A DNA stretch of 64,000 bases from Candidatus Pacearchaeota archaeon (GTDB taxonomy: Archaea > Nanobdellota > Nanobdellia > Pacearchaeales > GW2011-AR1): positions 5,033 through 69,032 of the forward strand of contig JAFCDA010000001.1 in NCBI GenBank assembly GCA_017609915.1, read 5' to 3'. The notes beneath the pieces were generated by a model, which did not search any database, had not been told where the DNA came from, and saw only the letters and a program-made list of their open reading frames with translations. Position 1 is the stretch's first letter, and each line of letters begins with the position of its first letter. The position numbers and the translations under genes were made by a program. Below are positions 38,050 to 47,020 of this stretch, piece by piece.

Positions 38050-38736
38050 ATGAAAAATAATGATTTAAAGAGATTTAGATATGAAAGAAAATTTGTTATA
38101 TCTGAATTAAATTCTTATGAAATAGAACATTTAATCAGACATAATCCTGCAATTTTTTCTGAAATATTTTATGAAAGAATGGTTAATAATATTTATTTAG
38201 ATTCTATAGATTTGAAAAATTATAATGAAAATTTAATTGGAATTTCTAATAGAATAAAAATTAGAATTAGATGGTATGGGGGTGTTTTTGGAATTATTAA
38301 AAAGCCTGTATTAGAATTAAAAGTAAAAAATAATGAATTAGGGAGAAAACTATCTTTTCCATTAAAGGGATTTATTTTAGATAAAAAATTTTCCTTAAAT
38401 TTATTACAAAAAGTTTTCTCAAAATCAAATCTTCCAAAGTGGTTAGTTGAAAGATTAAAATTATATTCTCCAAGTCTTCTTAATTCTTATAAGAGAAAAT
38501 ATTTTATTTCTGCTAATAAAAAATATAGGATTACTTTAGATAAAGATCAAATTTTTTATAAAATAAAAAATAGAAATAATTTCTTTAAGGAAAAAATTAC
38601 AAATAAAAAAATCTGTATTTTAGAAATAAAATATGCTTTAGAAGATTATAAAAGAGCAGCCAATATAACTAGATATTTTCCATTTAGATTAATAGCAAAC
38701 TCCAAATATGTTAATGGAATGGATTTGTTTGGTTAG
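38050..38736 (+). CDS. VTC domain (polyphosphate polymerase / CYTH-like) protein
   Basis: FRYERKFVISELNSYEIEHLIRHNPAIFSEIFYERMVNNIYLDS...IKIRIRWYG pattern of VTC domain. Confidence 0.55.
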   Translation: MKNNDLKRFRYERKFVISELNSYEIEHLIRHNPAIFSEIFYERMVNNIYLDSIDLKNYNENLIGISNRIKIRIRWYGGVFGIIKKPVLELKVKNNELGRKLSFPLKGFILDKKFSLNLLQKVFSKSNLPKWLVERLKLYSPSLLNSYKRKYFISANKKYRITLDKDQIFYKIKNRNNFFKEKITNKKICILEIKYALEDYKRAANITRYFPFRLIANSKYVNGMDLFG

Positions 38737-38764
38737 TTTGTTTAATCACTAAGGTAGATTTCAT

Positions 38765-39592
38765 TTAACTTAAATTTATTCTCATTTTAGAGAGGCCTAA
38801 TCTTAAAGCAAAATAAAATGCGTGTTTTGTAAAACCACTATAAGAAATTTCTTGTTTATCATTTAACCAATCGTTGTGTTCTCTAATTTTTTCATCAAGA
38901 GATTTATTTAGTTTTTCAGGATTTTGATTACAATCAATTTCAGATAAAACAGAATAAGAACGTCCAATTTCAAAAGGAGAATGAGCATCAGAAGATGAAA
39001 GGGCCCCAATATTTTTATTTTCACAGAATTTTTTATAAAATTTCTGGGCTTTTTTATTTCCTACAATAGCTTCTCCATCATGAACCATTATTGCAGAAAA
39101 AAAATCTAATATTTCTGGATTTTTTAATAAATAATCTCCAAGTTTTGACATAAAAAAGATGTGACTTGCTTCAGCAGGGCACCCTTTAGCTTTTGTTTCT
39201 CTAAGAGACTCTGTTATTTTTCTTTGTTTAAGATTTGTTCCATAAGGAAGTCCTAAAACTAAAATATGTCCTTCAGGAAATTCCATTTCCTGGGTTTTTA
39301 ATATATGAACTCCATAGGGATTAACATGAAACATATTGCTTTTATCAATAGAAGGTCCATTAACTTCAATTTTTCTATATCCAAATTCTTTTAAGCAAGT
39401 TTTAAAAAATAATTCATATCTATAATCATAATCTGGTTTTCTATCAAAAGTTTTTCCCCATTGACTATTTGCAATTCCAAAAACCCCATTAGGCCCTAAC
39501 CTTTGTTCAGCAATTTCTAAAATATGCTTGGCACTAGTTGGGCAATGTTGTCTTTCATATGCATGATTATGTAAATCTGCTCTTATTTCCAT
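38765..39592 (-). CDS. PHP family metal-dependent phosphoesterase
   Basis: MEIRADLHNHAYE (DLHxH) N-terminus and later His/Asp metal ligands. Confidence 0.6.
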   Translation of the reverse strand: MEIRADLHNHAYERQHCPTSAKHILEIAEQRLGPNGVFGIANSQWGKTFDRKPDYDYRYELFFKTCLKEFGYRKIEVNGPSIDKSNMFHVNPYGVHILKTQEMEFPEGHILVLGLPYGTNLKQRKITESLRETKAKGCPAEASHIFFMSKLGDYLLKNPEILDFFSAIMVHDGEAIVGNKKAQKFYKKFCENKNIGALSSSDAHSPFEIGRSYSVLSEIDCNQNPEKLNKSLDEKIREHNDWLNDKQEISYSGFTKHAFYFALRLGLSKMRINLS

Positions 39593-39625
39593 TTTAATTT
39601 ATTATCAGAACTCTTTTTAAATTTA

Positions 39626-39709
39626 TGCAGAGGATAGGATTCGAACCTATGAAGGCACTAAGCCACAAGATCTTGAGTCTTGCCCGTTTGACCACTCCGG
39701 AACCTCTGC
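39626..39709 (-). tRNA. tRNA-Leu (anticodon CAA), type II with long variable arm
   Basis: GCAGAGG-TT-CCG-GAGTGGTCAAA-CGG-G-CAAGA-CTCAAGA-TCTTG-TGGCTTAGTGCCTTCA-TAGGT-TCGAATC-CTATC-CTCTGC-A. Confidence 0.8.
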
Positions 39710-39780
39710 TTAAATATTATGAAAAAGCCAATAATTGTTTATATAAAAACCTTTATAAAGAGTTATTTTTAAGTTATATT

Positions 39781-39894
39781 GGAGACGACCATAATAATCT
39801 GGTCACACCTGATCCGATTTCCAACTCAGAAGTTAAGCAGATTATGTTTAAGGTATTAGTTTCAGAGATGAAGTGAAGCCATAAAGTTGTCTTC
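39781..39894 (+). rRNA. 5S ribosomal RNA (stand-alone)
   Basis: GGAGACGACC...CCGATTTCCAACTCAGAAGTTAAGC (loop B / helix III signature) ...GTTGTCTTC closing helix pairs with 5' end; 114 nt. Confidence 0.7.
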
Positions 39895-39931
39895 TTTATA
39901 TTCCAAACAACTTTATATAAAAAGCCAGTAT

Positions 39932-39944
39932 CTTATAAAATATA
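39932..39944 (+). promoter_or_regulatory. TATA box (cttataaaatata) 21 nt upstream of rpoN ATG, leaderless-type promoter
   Basis: Matches recurring cTTATAArATAT element found 20-25 nt upstream of many ATGs in this window. Confidence 0.4.
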
Positions 39945-39964
39945 AATAAACATAAAAATAAAAA

Positions 39965-40162
39965 ATGATAATACCTCTTCGTTGCATATCTTGTGGAAAG
40001 CCAATTGGTCATTTGTGGCAGGATTTTAAAGAAAGAACTGAAAAAGGAGAAGATTCTAAAAAAGTCTTAGATGAATTAGGTTTAGAAAGATATTGCTGCA
40101 GAGCTATGTTTTTAGGGCAAGTTGATATATTAGAGTTAGTTAATAAGTTTAAGAAGTTCTGA
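39965..40162 (+). CDS. rpoN: DNA-directed RNA polymerase subunit N (Rpo10)
   Basis: MIIPLRCISCGKPIGHLW...ERYCCRAMF zinc-binding motif of RpoN/Rpb10. Confidence 0.85.
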   Translation: MIIPLRCISCGKPIGHLWQDFKERTEKGEDSKKVLDELGLERYCCRAMFLGQVDILELVNKFKKF

Positions 40163-40332
40163 TATTTCATTATATTAATAGCCTATAAGCTTAATTAAGA
40201 GATTATCTGAGTAGCTTAAAAAACTCCTCTTCTAAACTTCAAATTTTATAGAGATATTAATATATTGTATTAACTCCTTAGAAGTAACAAACAAGAAACA
40301 TTTATAAGGGGGTTTTTCTTGGGGAAATTAAG

Positions 40333-40659
40333 ATGAAAACAAAGAAACATATCCAAAAAGTTAGAAATGCAATCAATAAATTTGATATAGTTACTACTGA
40401 TTTATTTGCTCAAAGCGTGATACAAAGAGCTAAGGCCTTAGAGGAATCTGTGGATGAGGGTTGGTTTATACCTTTTCTTAAAATATCTGAGGTAACTGGA
40501 GCAAGCGTAGCTACCTATGGAGCTTTAACAAATAAACCTTATGTGATTGGGGCTGGGGCAGGATTTGCTTTAATGGCAGGAATTTATCATTTATTAATAA
40601 ATAGAGTTGTGAAAAAACAAAATGAAACAGACAATAATTCAATTAAAAAACGTACATAA
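40333..40659 (+). CDS. hypothetical protein with C-terminal hydrophobic segment
   Basis: 108 aa ORF leading the ABC-transporter cluster; no recognisable domain. Confidence 0.35.
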   Translation: MKTKKHIQKVRNAINKFDIVTTDLFAQSVIQRAKALEESVDEGWFIPFLKISEVTGASVATYGALTNKPYVIGAGAGFALMAGIYHLLINRVVKKQNETDNNSIKKRT

Positions 40660-41296
40660 AGACTATAAAATAGGGGATACTATAATCCCTGCTGTTGATG
40701 GTGTAGATTTAGAAATAAAACAAGGAGATTTTATTGCTATTGTTGGACCTTCTGGAAGTGGTAAAAGTACCATGATGAATCTTGTTGGGGCATTAGATTT
40801 AGCTACAAAAGGAGATATTTTTCTAGATGATGTTAATATTGAACATTTACATGAATCTGAATTAGCTCAACTAAGAGGAAAGAAAATAGGATTTGTATTT
40901 CAAACATTTAATTTAATTCCTACACTTACAGCACTTGAAAATGTTATGTTACCTATGATTTTTCAAAATGTTGAATTAGAAGAAAGAAAAGAAAGAGCTA
41001 CTAAGCTTTTAGCAGATTTGGGATTAGGTGAAAGATTAAAACACCTTCCAAGTGAATTATCAGGTGGAGAAAGACAAAGAGTTGCACTTGCTCGTGCACT
41101 TGCAAATGATCCTGAAGTTATTTTAGCTGATGAACCTACAGGTAATCTTGATTCAAAAAGAAGCAAAGAAATTGCTGAAATGTTTGTTAAATTAAGCAAA
41201 CAAGGAAAGACAATAATCCTTGTTACACATGATTTAGATATAGCAAAGTATGCTAGTAAAGTTTATAAACTAAAAGATGGGAGGATAAGTAAGTAA
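40622..41296 (+). CDS. ABC transporter ATP-binding protein (MacB/LolD/FtsE-like)
   Basis: Walker A GPSGSGKST, signature LSGGERQRVALARAL, Walker B ILADEPTGNLD. Confidence 0.9.
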   Translation: MKQTIIQLKNVHKDYKIGDTIIPAVDGVDLEIKQGDFIAIVGPSGSGKSTMMNLVGALDLATKGDIFLDDVNIEHLHESELAQLRGKKIGFVFQTFNLIPTLTALENVMLPMIFQNVELEERKERATKLLADLGLGERLKHLPSELSGGERQRVALARALANDPEVILADEPTGNLDSKRSKEIAEMFVKLSKQGKTIILVTHDLDIAKYASKVYKLKDGRISK

Positions 41297-41297
41297 A

Positions 41298-41501
41298 ATG
41301 GAATATAGACAAAATAAATTAGGATCTTTGTTAACTACAATGGGATTACTTATGGTAGTTGCTTTTGGAACAGTGAGGGGTTATAAAAGATGCCAAAGAG
41401 AATGCGAACAAATTACAAGAAATTTTGAAGTATCAGATATAAATGTTAAAGATATTGATAAAGGTGGTTTAAACGATATTATTAAATTTGGAAATAGATA
41501 A
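41298..41501 (+). CDS. small membrane protein, hypothetical
   Basis: 67 aa, one N-terminal TM helix. Confidence 0.3.
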   Translation: MEYRQNKLGSLLTTMGLLMVVAFGTVRGYKRCQRECEQITRNFEVSDINVKDIDKGGLNDIIKFGNR

Positions 41502-41721
41502 AATGACAGAAAAATTAACTGAAAAATTGAACTTTTCATTTACAACAGATCATAATGGGAAAACATATGGAGTTATACCTAAAGGCAATGAAGGACATCT
41601 TGATTGGAGCAAGAGTGATGTTTATGAAATAATTAATGAAAAAACAAACCAGTATGTTGAAGTAATGGGCCCTATAAAATCTCAAATAATGGAAAAATTT
41701 GATAATGCAAGGAAAAAATAA
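41488..41721 (+). CDS. small hypothetical protein
   Basis: 77 aa ORF in ABC cluster. Confidence 0.3.
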   Translation: MEIDKMTEKLTEKLNFSFTTDHNGKTYGVIPKGNEGHLDWSKSDVYEIINEKTNQYVEVMGPIKSQIMEKFDNARKK

Positions 41722-41766
41722 AATGAAAACTAAAATAATTGTTAAATTGGATGATAAGTAAGTAAA

Positions 41767-42117
41767 ATGGGAATAAAAACAGTAAAAAACTTTTTAAATC
41801 CTATATATCATATGATCAATTATATTGATCTTGACAATAGAGGGTTGTCTGATGCAAAATTTGTTGTAAAAGGCTGTGCATCTATTTTATTAGGGGGTTT
41901 AGAATCTGTATTATACGGAAGTTTATTAGGTGGAGTAAGTGTAGCTGTTTTTGGTGGAGATTCTAAAAAAATAATTATAGGCTCTGCTGTGGGGGCAGTT
42001 GCTGGGGTCGGTGCTTGGGCAACTAAAGGAATACAATTAGGAATCATGGAAAATGAAAATCCTAAGAAATATAAACAATATTTAGCAAAAATAAAATACA
42101 AAACAAAATTAAAATGA
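41767..42117 (+). CDS. glycine-zipper membrane protein, hypothetical
   Basis: GGxxxG/AxxxG rich hydrophobic core (LLGGLESVLYGSLLGGVSVAVFGG...GSAVGAVAGVGAWA). Confidence 0.35.
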   Translation: MGIKTVKNFLNPIYHMINYIDLDNRGLSDAKFVVKGCASILLGGLESVLYGSLLGGVSVAVFGGDSKKIIIGSAVGAVAGVGAWATKGIQLGIMENENPKKYKQYLAKIKYKTKLK

Positions 42118-43031
42118 AAACTCAAACACTAACACTAATAACCGCATTATTCATCATTCTTAGTTTAGCAAGTATTCAAGCTTTAGTAATTGATTCTGTA
42201 AAAATGTATCCTAGTGAAATAGCACCTGGTGAAACAGCTGTTATAACTGTGGGTATTGAAAATGATGGAGATGAAGATGTTACAAATGTTGCAGTTATTT
42301 TAGATTTAACAGGGATTATTGAATCAGACATTCCTGGAGCACCTTTAACAGCTTTAGATATCCCTTTTGCGCCTTATGAATCAAGTTCAGAACATAGTTT
42401 TGATGAAATTGAAGAAGATGAAACAGATTATGCTGAATTTGAAATCATAGCATTAGGTGATGCTAAATCAGGAGTATATAAAATTCCTTTAAGAATAAGT
42501 TATACAGAAGATGATGAATTAAAAACTAGAAATTCTTTAATTGGGGTTACTGTTAATTCAAAACCTATAATTGGAGTTAATATTGAAGATGGCTTATTGT
42601 TAAAACCTCAAGAAAATGAAATAGATATTAAAGTAATAAATAAAGGATTATCAGATGTAAGATTTTTAGAAGTTGAAATTGGAAGCTCTACTTATTTTGA
42701 TGTATTATCTAATAAACAAGTTTATATTGGAGATATTGATAGTGATGATTTTGATACTGCTGATTTTAAGATTTATTTTAAGAGCAATGCTCCAAGTACT
42801 TTAACTCTTCCTATAAGTATTACATATAAAGATGCTGTTAATAATGAATATAATGAAGATTTTGATATACAAGTAAAAGTTTATACAAGAGATAAAGCTA
42901 TTGAGCTTGGTTTATTGGAAAGAAGTTATACTAGTATATATGTGGGTGTTGTTGTTGGTGTTATAATCCTTTGGATAATTTATAGGAAAATAAAGAAAAG
43001 AAGAAAGTTGAAAAAGAGGAAGGAGGGTTAA
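42114..43031 (+). CDS. cell-surface protein with signal peptide, beta-rich ectodomain (CARDB/DUF11-like) and C-terminal TM anchor with basic tail
   Basis: Signal peptide LITALFIILSLASIQA; C-terminal TM + RKIKKRRKLKKRKEG, typical archaeal surface anchor. Confidence 0.5.
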   Translation: MKTQTLTLITALFIILSLASIQALVIDSVKMYPSEIAPGETAVITVGIENDGDEDVTNVAVILDLTGIIESDIPGAPLTALDIPFAPYESSSEHSFDEIEEDETDYAEFEIIALGDAKSGVYKIPLRISYTEDDELKTRNSLIGVTVNSKPIIGVNIEDGLLLKPQENEIDIKVINKGLSDVRFLEVEIGSSTYFDVLSNKQVYIGDIDSDDFDTADFKIYFKSNAPSTLTLPISITYKDAVNNEYNEDFDIQVKVYTRDKAIELGLLERSYTSIYVGVVVGVIILWIIYRKIKKRRKLKKRKEG

Positions 43032-43034
43032 AAG

Positions 43035-43307
43035 ATGGGATTCGATTGTTATATTACCATTTTAAGAGATAATAGAGGTTTAATTGATTGGTTGAGAAAG
43101 GATTATAATCAAGAAGAAATAGATAAATTTGGTGATTTGGATGTTATCGAAATATTTAGAGGTGATTTAAAGAGTGTTCAAGAAAAAGCACATGATTATA
43201 TAGAACAACATAAAGGAAAAGAGAAAGATTTAAAGGCATTAAATAGAATAGAAATTTCAAGTAGATTAGAACAATTATCTAAAACGCAAGCAGAAGTGTC
43301 TGCTTAG
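43035..43307 (+). CDS. hypothetical protein
   Basis: 90 aa ORF. Confidence 0.3.
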   Translation: MGFDCYITILRDNRGLIDWLRKDYNQEEIDKFGDLDVIEIFRGDLKSVQEKAHDYIEQHKGKEKDLKALNRIEISSRLEQLSKTQAEVSA

Positions 43308-43316
43308 GAGCTCAAA

Positions 43317-43568
43317 ATGAAAGATGAAAAATATATAGATCATATAAAAAAATTTGTCGCTGAAAAACAAGGAGGATATAATAAAATAGGCTTAGTTAAA
43401 GAATTAAGAACCTATGGATTAATAAAAGATTCAAGAGATCCAGGACTTATACCTGCTAAAAATATTGTAGAAAGAATGATTCAAGAGGGGATATTAGAAA
43501 TGAAAACTCAAGAAGTAGGGGCATTTTTACAAATGAATTTACCTAAAAGGGCATTTGTTGGGTGGTAA
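43317..43568 (+). CDS. hypothetical protein (possible winged-helix)
   Basis: 83 aa ORF. Confidence 0.3.
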   Translation: MKDEKYIDHIKKFVAEKQGGYNKIGLVKELRTYGLIKDSRDPGLIPAKNIVERMIQEGILEMKTQEVGAFLQMNLPKRAFVGW

Positions 43569-44785
43569 TCAAAATGATTAAAGATTTCTTTGTATTGGGT
43601 TTAAACAATTTGAAAAGGCGTAGACTTAGAAGCTGGCTTACTATGATTGGAATTTTTATTGGAATTGCTGCTGTTGTTGCGCTGATATCATTAGGGCAAG
43701 GACTTCAAGATTATATTTCAGAGGAATTTGAAAAATTAGGTGCTGATAAAATAATTATTCAACCAAGAGGTATGGGGCCTCCTGGAACAGCAGGACCCAG
43801 CTTAATTTTGACGAGTGATGATTTAGAAACTATTGAAAAAGTTCGGGGTGTTAAATGGGCTATAGGTTTCTTAATTAAACAAGGACAAGCTATGTATAAA
43901 GATGAAGCAGGAATTGGTTTTGCAATTGGTTCTAATCCAGAAGATTTAGAACTTATGTCTGAAATACAAAGTTTTGAAATCTTTGATGGAAGAGATTTAA
44001 AACATGGAGACAAGTACAAATTAGTTGTAGGTTATAATCATATTTATGGAGATATTTGGGAAAAACCAATGCAAATAGGAAGCACAATAGAGGTTGAAGG
44101 TTATGATTTTAAAGTTATTGGAGTTTTAGATAAAATAGGAAATCCTATTGATGATAGTTCTCTTTATATGTCAAAAGATGTTTTAAAAGAAATTTTAGAC
44201 ATAGAAGATGAGGAAAGTCAAATTATGGTTAAAACAGCAGAAGGATTTAATCCTGAAGAAGTTGCAGATACAATTGAAAGAAAATTAAGAAAATCAAGAG
44301 GAGAAAAAGAAGATCAAGAAACATTTAATGTTCAAACTTCTGAACAATTATTAGAAACTTTTCAAAGTATTTTTGCTGTTGTTCAAGGAGTTTTAGTTGG
44401 AATAGCTGCTATTTCTCTTTTAGTTGGAGGAATAGGGATTATGAATACAATGTATACTTCTGTAATAGAAAGAACAAAAGAGATTGGAACTATGAAAGCT
44501 ATTGGTGCTAAAAATTCTCATGTTTTATTATTATTCTTATTAGAATCAGGATTATTAGGATTAGTAGGGGGTTTAATTGGTGTTGGAATAGGTGTAGGTT
44601 TAGCTAAAAGTGCAGAATACTTGGCAGCAGTTGCAATTGGAACAGATTTATTACAAGCATCTATGAGTCCTGTAATATTAGGTGGAGCATTAGCATTTTC
44701 ATTTGTAATAGGAACATTATCAGGAATCTTACCTGCATTACAAGCATCAAAACTTAAACCTGCTGATGCATTGAGATTTGAGTGA
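43562..44785 (+). CDS. ABC transporter permease, FtsX/MacB family with MacB-type periplasmic core domain
   Basis: N-terminal TM, large extracytoplasmic domain, C-terminal FtsX 3-TM bundle (GIAAISLLVGGIGIMNTMYTSVIERTKEIGTMKAIGA). Confidence 0.85.
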   Translation: MVIKMIKDFFVLGLNNLKRRRLRSWLTMIGIFIGIAAVVALISLGQGLQDYISEEFEKLGADKIIIQPRGMGPPGTAGPSLILTSDDLETIEKVRGVKWAIGFLIKQGQAMYKDEAGIGFAIGSNPEDLELMSEIQSFEIFDGRDLKHGDKYKLVVGYNHIYGDIWEKPMQIGSTIEVEGYDFKVIGVLDKIGNPIDDSSLYMSKDVLKEILDIEDEESQIMVKTAEGFNPEEVADTIERKLRKSRGEKEDQETFNVQTSEQLLETFQSIFAVVQGVLVGIAAISLLVGGIGIMNTMYTSVIERTKEIGTMKAIGAKNSHVLLLFLLESGLLGLVGGLIGVGIGVGLAKSAEYLAAVAIGTDLLQASMSPVILGGALAFSFVIGTLSGILPALQASKLKPADALRFE

Positions 44786-44833
44786 ATTTTTTAGAAAAAT
44801 ATTTAAACCAAAGTAATTGTATATTATTTTAAA

Positions 44834-44989
44834 ATGAAGCGGTGTATTTATTGTAAATGTGGTTTATCTGAAGAATCTGTTATTGATTTTTGTGAAAGAT
44901 GTGGACATGGTGCTTTTGGAGAAAAAATGTTTAAGGTGATTGTTCAAAACATGAAAGACGCCAAGGAAAGAGGGGACTTACATCAATAA
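44834..44989 (+). CDS. small zinc-ribbon protein (51 aa), not in ORF track
   Basis: MKRCIYCKCG...DFCERCGHG two CxxC pairs. Confidence 0.35.
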   Translation: MKRCIYCKCGLSEESVIDFCERCGHGAFGEKMFKVIVQNMKDAKERGDLHQ

Positions 44990-45164
44990 GAAACCTTTTT
45001 AAAGCTCTTATTTTTAAGGATTTTATATTAAACTAAACTAATACCCAAAAAAATCAAATAGATTTTTTGGGCCTAGAAAACCATAAAAATTTTCTTAGGT
45101 CTTATAAAACTTTAAGTTATGCCCCATTAAGATTTAACTACTCAGATAATCAAAATCTCATGAG

Positions 45165-45177
45165 CTTATAAGATATA
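45165..45177 (+). promoter_or_regulatory. TATA box (cttataagatata) 23 nt upstream of rpl21e ATG
   Basis: Consensus cTTATAArATAT element; spacing implies leaderless transcript. Confidence 0.4.
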
Positions 45178-45199
45178 GATAAACAAATTAAAACAAAAA

Positions 45200-45463
45200 A
45201 TGATAAAAAGAAAAAGACAAAGAGAACACGGGAAAATTAAACTTGGAAGATATTTTCAAGATTTTAAAAAAGGAGACAAAGTAGGTGTTATAAGAGAATT
45301 ATCTGTTCAACCTAAGTTCCCTAAACAGCTCCAAGGGAGATCTGGAGTTATAGAAGGTAAAAGAGGGAATAGTTATGTTGTTAAAATAAAGGATTTAAAT
45401 AAGGAAAAGACTTATATAATACATCCTGTACACTTAAAAAGATTAAAACAAACTAAAAAATGA
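45200..45463 (+). CDS. rpl21e: 50S ribosomal protein L21e
   Basis: GDKVGVIREL...QGRSGVIEGKRGNSYVVKI...IIHPVHLKRL pattern of L21e. Confidence 0.75.
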   Translation: MIKRKRQREHGKIKLGRYFQDFKKGDKVGVIRELSVQPKFPKQLQGRSGVIEGKRGNSYVVKIKDLNKEKTYIIHPVHLKRLKQTKK

Positions 45464-45762
45464 TATTAGAAAGAACGCCCTTAAATTTAGAAGAAGTAAA
45501 AGAAATACTTGAGAGTATTGAAGATAGTGATAAAAAAGAAGAAATGAAAACATACTTGAAGAAGTTTTTAAAAACCAAACCAGAAAAAGTAAAAAAGATT
45601 AAAGAAGAACTAAGAAAATTAGATTTATTAAAAATGAAAAGGGAACACCTAGTCAAAATTGTTGATTTAGTCCCAGAAGATGCAACAGATTTAAATAAAA
45701 TTTTTACTGATGTTAGTTTAAACGAAGAAGAAACTAATAAAATACTCAATGTCGTTAAATAG
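45460..45762 (+). CDS. DNA-directed RNA polymerase subunit F/Rpo4-like (Rpb4 family)
   Basis: 100 aa helical protein immediately after L21e (conserved archaeal L21e-RpoF-DUF655 order); EEVKEILESIED...EHLVKIVDLVPED. Confidence 0.55.
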   Translation: MILERTPLNLEEVKEILESIEDSDKKEEMKTYLKKFLKTKPEKVKKIKEELRKLDLLKMKREHLVKIVDLVPEDATDLNKIFTDVSLNEEETNKILNVVK

Positions 45763-45770
45763 GAAAAACA

Positions 45771-46310
45771 ATGGAAAAAGAAGAATATTCAATAATCTTA
45801 GATTCCCTGCCTTATGGTTATCCTTTAGAACAGAAAATGATGCCTATAGCTCAAGCTATAGGGCTTAAGAATTTTACATTGCTTCAATTAGTTCCTAGGA
45901 GGGGGATAAAACTAGAAGTTGGAGAAAAAGTATATATTGGAGAAGGTAAAAGGGATAAAATATATTATATTCTTGGAAAACTTCAGGAAGAAAAGCTTAC
46001 TGAAACTACAAAAGAACAATTACAAGAATTTATTAGGGAACAGATTAAAGAAACCGAAGAAAAATTCATTGATTTTTTTAATAAAGCAGAAGCGATAAAT
46101 ACTAGATTACATCAATTTGAACTTCTTCCAGGATTTGGAAAAAGACATACAGAAGCAATTTTAGAAGAAAGAAATAAAACACTTTTTAAATCTTTGGAAG
46201 ATTTAAAGAAAAGAGTTTCTAACCTTCCAGACCCTAAAAAAGCAATTGAAAAAAGAATTTTTGATGAAATAATTGGTAAGGAAAGATATTATTTATTTAT
46301 AAATAAATAA
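45771..46310 (+). CDS. DUF655-family RNA-binding protein (S1-like + helix-hairpin-helix)
   Basis: PIAQAIGLKNFTLLQLVPRRGIKLEVGEKVYIGEG and HQFELLPGFGKRHTEAILEERN HhH motif. Confidence 0.6.
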   Translation: MEKEEYSIILDSLPYGYPLEQKMMPIAQAIGLKNFTLLQLVPRRGIKLEVGEKVYIGEGKRDKIYYILGKLQEEKLTETTKEQLQEFIREQIKETEEKFIDFFNKAEAINTRLHQFELLPGFGKRHTEAILEERNKTLFKSLEDLKKRVSNLPDPKKAIEKRIFDEIIGKERYYLFINK

Positions 46311-46387
46311 AATGTGTTATCAGAACCAAATATCTAAAAAAATAAAGATTTAAAAACCCAATTATTGATTATTTAATAAGCTCAATG

Positions 46388-46402
46388 CCTTATAAAATAT
46401 TA
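46388..46402 (+). promoter_or_regulatory. TATA box upstream of rps13
   Basis: ccttataaaatatta about 14-28 nt upstream of ATG 46416. Confidence 0.35.
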
Positions 46403-46415
46403 TATAGATAAAAAA

Positions 46416-46958
46416 ATGCAAGAACAAACACAAGAAATCAAAGAAAATAACATTTCTTCTTTAGAAAAGAAGACAAGATTGAACAAAGAAGAAACTAAGG
46501 AAGAATACTTTTCTATAATTAGGATTCTACAAACAGATATTCCTGGGAATAAAAAAACTTTGGTTGGTTTAACATATATTAAAGGAGTTTCTTGGGCTAT
46601 TTCTAATGCTTTATGTAAAATTCTTAATTTAGATCCTGAAAAAAAAATTCTAGATTTAGATAAAAAAGAAATAAAAATAATAGAGGATTTTTTAAAAAAT
46701 CCTCAAAACTTGCCTGAATTTTTAAAAAATAGAAGAAATGAATTTGAAACAGGAGAAGATTCTCATTTAGTTGGAGCTGAACTTGATATGAAAAAAGAGT
46801 TTGATATTAGAAGATTAAAAAAAATAAGATCTTACAGGGGATTAAGACATGCTTTTGGACATCCTACAAGAGGGCAAAGAACAAGAAGCCATTTTAGGGC
46901 TAAAGGAAAGAAAAAAGCAATTGGAGTTAAAACAAAGAAAGTAGGAAAGAAAGGATAA
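46416..46958 (+). CDS. rps13: 30S ribosomal protein S13 (uS13) with about 30-aa N-terminal extension
   Basis: IRILQTDIPGNKKTLVGLTYIKGV...RGLRHAFGHPTRGQRTRS. Confidence 0.9.
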   Translation: MQEQTQEIKENNISSLEKKTRLNKEETKEEYFSIIRILQTDIPGNKKTLVGLTYIKGVSWAISNALCKILNLDPEKKILDLDKKEIKIIEDFLKNPQNLPEFLKNRRNEFETGEDSHLVGAELDMKKEFDIRRLKKIRSYRGLRHAFGHPTRGQRTRSHFRAKGKKKAIGVKTKKVGKKG

Positions 46959-47020
46959 AAACAACCCCTTAAAAAAGGCTTGACCCAAACCAATAAAAAT
47001 AAACCATCAAAATATTAAAA

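Noticed and set aside
39625-39876. 83-aa ORF in the track
   Set aside because: Completely overlaps tRNA-Leu(CAA) and the 5S rRNA gene; RNA genes explain the region.
45037-45066. Stem-loop as Rho-independent terminator
   Set aside because: Archaeal termination relies on T-tracts rather than hairpins; kept only as a note within the ABC-cluster finding.
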